A stretch of 64,000 nt of DNA from contig JAKQHS010000111.1 of the NCBI GenBank assembly GCA_029557915.1, positions 5,918-69,917 on the forward strand, read 5' to 3'. This document shows positions 61,680 through 64,000 of the stretch, in pieces (position 1 is the stretch's first letter; every line of letters starts with the position of its first letter). The position numbers and the translations under genes were made by a program. The stretch comes from Bacteroidota bacterium (GTDB taxonomy: Bacteria; Bacteroidota; Bacteroidia; Chitinophagales; Saprospiraceae). The notes below the pieces were generated by a model. That model saw nothing but the letters and a program-made list of their open reading frames with translations. It ran no database searches and had not been told where the DNA came from.

Positions 61680-63692
61680 ATGCCTGTCAAATTTAGATAC
61701 CTGACTGCCTTTTGGGGCCTACTGATTTGTTGCCCACTTTTGCCAGAACGGTTGATGGCAAACAATGGGGCCTTAGCCATTGCCTATCCCATCCATCAAA
61801 TCAAAATCGATGGAGACCTCTCCGACTGGTCCTGGATAAAAACCAGTTATCCGATCGCCATCCACCTTTCAGATATCAAACCGCGGGACGCCTCTGATTT
61901 CCAGGCCTGGTTCAAGATCGGGTACCACCTGGAGTCCCGATCCCTTTACATCGCGGTCGAAGTCACCGATGACGACCACATCCGGGATACGGCAAAAAAT
62001 GCATCCTGGAACTCGCGGGATGCGGTAGAACTTGACCTTGATTTGCTGCACCTTCCCGGACGTTCGGGTGTGACTTCTTATTTGTTGTCCGTAGATCATA
62101 AAAACTACAACAAGTCAAGGTGGGACCCGGTGACCCCAGCCGGTTGGGACAAGACAGAAGGTGCGGTCATCCGACAGGGCAATAAATCCTTTTATGAATG
62201 GCGCGTGGTGCTGGAAGGACCTTTATCCACTCCGAAATCCATTGGCCTGGATCTACAGGTTTTTGACAAAGATGCCGGCGGGGATTTTAGTTATTCGGCC
62301 TGGGGACCGGAAGGTTATAAATACAGAAATCCCAACAGCCTGGGTGACCTCATCCTGTTGAAAGAAGGCGAAGAACCCCATCCTCTTTCGGGCAGGGTAA
62401 AATGGGCTGGTGAAAAGAAAATTAATTTTCCGGCCACCATCGGCCTGAACTCCGAAAAGGAGCCTGGTGTGTTCCTGGACCTGGCCCTGGATTCAACCGG
62501 AAGGTACAGCGCCTCGGTTCCGGCCGGGTCTTACCGTATGGCCGTCCGGAATCCTTACCTGTCATTTGAAAATAAATGGTATGTTCTTTCAGCCAGCCCT
62601 TCGCCTTCCATTCGGGTCTCTCCGGGCGCGAGGGTAGAAAGTCCGGACCTGGAATTGGTATATACTCCGGTGCCCGGTTTAATCCCGGCCAAAGGCATCC
62701 TTCATGATTTCAATGACCTGAGGGCCAAAGAACTGGATGCCTTCATTGAAACCTACCAAAAACAATATCAGATCCCCGGTGTATCCCTGGCCCTGATCAA
62801 AGACGGGAAAGTGATTTACAGCCGGGCTTATGGCGTCAAGAACAGCCAGACCCGGGAAAAAACCGATGAAAATACCCTTTATGAGGCCGCTTCCGTCACC
62901 AAGCCCGTCTTTGCCTATGCGGTCATGCGGCTGGTGGAAAAAGGAAAGATCGATCTGGACAAACCCCTGTATGAATATCTGCCTTATCCGGACATTGCAC
63001 ACGATGCCCGCTATAAAAAGATCACAGCCAGGCATGTGCTTTCCCACCGGACCGGTTTCCCCAACTGGCGGTATATGAATGCGGACGGAAAACTGGATAT
63101 CAAATTTGAACCGGGCAGCCGTTACGGCTACTCCGGGGAAGGATTTGAATACCTGAAAAAGGTGGTTGAAAAAATCACAGGTAAAAAAGTGGAAAAAATT
63201 TTACGGGAAGAAGTCCTGGATCCCCTGGGTCTATACCATACCTATTTTTCCAAAAACGATACCCTGGCCAAACTGGTAGCCACAGGGCATAACGACAATA
63301 TCCCCTCGAACGACGGGTTGCCGGAAGAACCGGGCATGGCTTACAGCATGCATACCGAAGCAAAAGCGTTTACCCGGTTTATGCTCGCCCTGCTGCATCA
63401 ACAAGGGCTAAAACCGGAAACCTTTCGTGAAATGCTCAGCCTGCAATCGGAATATAATACCCCTGAAGGACAGGAGAAACCAAAATTCAGGGAGTATATG
63501 GGAATCAGCCTGGCTATAAGGGAATCCCCCTACGGCCTGGTTTTTGGCCACGGAGGGAACAACGGGGACTTCCGTTGCGGCTTTGAACTTTATAAGGACC
63601 TGAAAATGGGATATGTGATTTTTACCAATGCCAATTCGGCTTTGCCTTTGATTGAGGCGATGCCAAAAGTATTGGTGGAGGGGAAAGAATAG
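61680..63692 (+). CDS. Multidomain serine hydrolase: CBM9-like domain, CarboxypepD_reg-like domain, class C beta-lactamase-family domain
   Basis: The SxxK motif is ASVTKPVFAYAV, with a downstream YSGEGFEYL (Tyr motif) and HGGNNGDF (KTG-equivalent region). The N-terminal DGDLSDW...FKIGYHLESRSLYIAVEVTDD resembles CBM family 9. Confidence 0.75.
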   Translation: MPVKFRYLTAFWGLLICCPLLPERLMANNGALAIAYPIHQIKIDGDLSDWSWIKTSYPIAIHLSDIKPRDASDFQAWFKIGYHLESRSLYIAVEVTDDDHIRDTAKNASWNSRDAVELDLDLLHLPGRSGVTSYLLSVDHKNYNKSRWDPVTPAGWDKTEGAVIRQGNKSFYEWRVVLEGPLSTPKSIGLDLQVFDKDAGGDFSYSAWGPEGYKYRNPNSLGDLILLKEGEEPHPLSGRVKWAGEKKINFPATIGLNSEKEPGVFLDLALDSTGRYSASVPAGSYRMAVRNPYLSFENKWYVLSASPSPSIRVSPGARVESPDLELVYTPVPGLIPAKGILHDFNDLRAKELDAFIETYQKQYQIPGVSLALIKDGKVIYSRAYGVKNSQTREKTDENTLYEAASVTKPVFAYAVMRLVEKGKIDLDKPLYEYLPYPDIAHDARYKKITARHVLSHRTGFPNWRYMNADGKLDIKFEPGSRYGYSGEGFEYLKKVVEKITGKKVEKILREEVLDPLGLYHTYFSKNDTLAKLVATGHNDNIPSNDGLPEEPGMAYSMHTEAKAFTRFMLALLHQQGLKPETFREMLSLQSEYNTPEGQEKPKFREYMGISLAIRESPYGLVFGHGGNNGDFRCGFELYKDLKMGYVIFTNANSALPLIEAMPKVLVEGKE

Positions 63693-63723
63693 ATATTCCA
63701 ATTTTTGAAAATTTGGAATATCT
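63690..63723. terminator. Palindromic bidirectional terminator-like element (family AGATATTCCAAATTT)
   Basis: The sequence is T-AGATATTCCAATTTTT-GA-AAATTTGGAATATCT-A. The plus-strand TAG stop (63690-63692) and the minus-strand TAG stop (63722-63724) are both formed by the palindrome ends. Confidence 0.7.
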
Positions 63724-64000
63724 AAAACACCCCATTTACCGTATGACCCAGGAAACGCAGCACCGTCTCCCCCCAGATGATGATCATGATCCAGCTGATC
63801 ACCATCATCGTAAACCCGAATTTAAAGGAATCGATGACGCTGTATTGATTGGTCGTATACAGGAGGGCCGCCGGCTTGCTGTTGAAGGGGAGCACATAGA
63901 CGTGCTCGATCAGGAGAGCTACCGGAAATGCCAGGCTCATGACCGGGTAATTGAATTTTTGGGCAATGCCGATGGCAATCGGTACAAAGATCAGCGTCCT
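63722..64000 (-). CDS. Membrane transporter, C-terminal part (N-terminus outside window); possibly SLC13/DASS or related anion permease
   Basis: The frame stays open to the window edge (...RTLIFVPIAIGIAQKFNYPVMSLAFPVALLIEHVYVLPFNSKPAALLYTTNQYSVIDSFKFGF...). The pattern resembles the C-terminal hairpin/TM region of DASS-type permeases. This is unverified. Confidence 0.45.
   Translation of the reverse strand, partial: RTLIFVPIAIGIAQKFNYPVMSLAFPVALLIEHVYVLPFNSKPAALLYTTNQYSVIDSFKFGFTMMVISWIMIIIWGETVLRFLGHTVNGVF

Noticed and set aside
1-64000. rRNA, tRNA, tmRNA, RNase P or riboswitch genes
   Set aside because: I scanned all intergenic gaps longer than 100 bp by eye. I found no T-loop (GGTTCGAATC-like) plus acceptor pairing, no rRNA-like conserved blocks, and no recognisable riboswitch cores such as a B12 box. 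A covariance-model scan (Infernal/tRNAscan-SE) would be needed to exclude them fully.

Overview
This looks like a chromosomal segment from a Bacteroidota genome. The evidence is T9SS C-terminal sorting domains, a SusC/SusD pair, frequent lipoprotein signals and few Shine-Dalgarno-like leaders. I call about 48 protein genes. I found no rRNA, tRNA, CRISPR array, transposase or integrase.

Housekeeping and metabolic genes:
- Lon protease
- a GH9 endoglucanase and a GH13 alpha-glucosidase
- a long-chain acyl-CoA ligase
- a Wzx/Wzz/Wzy-like polysaccharide trio
- a UMF1-type MFS transporter
- a class III adenylate cyclase
- a PUL made of SusC, SusD, an FG-GAP/UnbV_ASPIC protein and a DUF5060-type hydrolase

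Items most worth follow-up:
1. Two paralogous modules of ECF sigma, single-pass anti-sigma and exported TPR-CHAT (caspase-fold) protease sit at 1.2-7.4 kb and 22.5-26.9 kb. The second lies next to three tandem stand-alone LytTR regulators. In the first, a roughly 3.8-kb AT-rich cassette has one edge inside the anti-sigma gene, at the end of its TM helix.
2. A 914-aa DUF4062/NB-ARC/TPR STAND NTPase at 52.8-55.5 kb stands as a single gene.
3. An uncharacterised cluster at 7.7-11.3 kb has small genes, a possible GNAT-like acyltransferase and two SAM methyltransferases. It could make a small molecule.
4. The intergenic DNA is unusually structured:
   - mosaics of short hairpin modules at three loci
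   - 7-8-nt microsatellites directly after stop codons
   - a conserved palindromic terminator family whose ends supply TAG stops
   - an 82-90-bp tandem array upstream of an ECF sigma gene

All functional calls come from motif recognition by eye. No database search was run.
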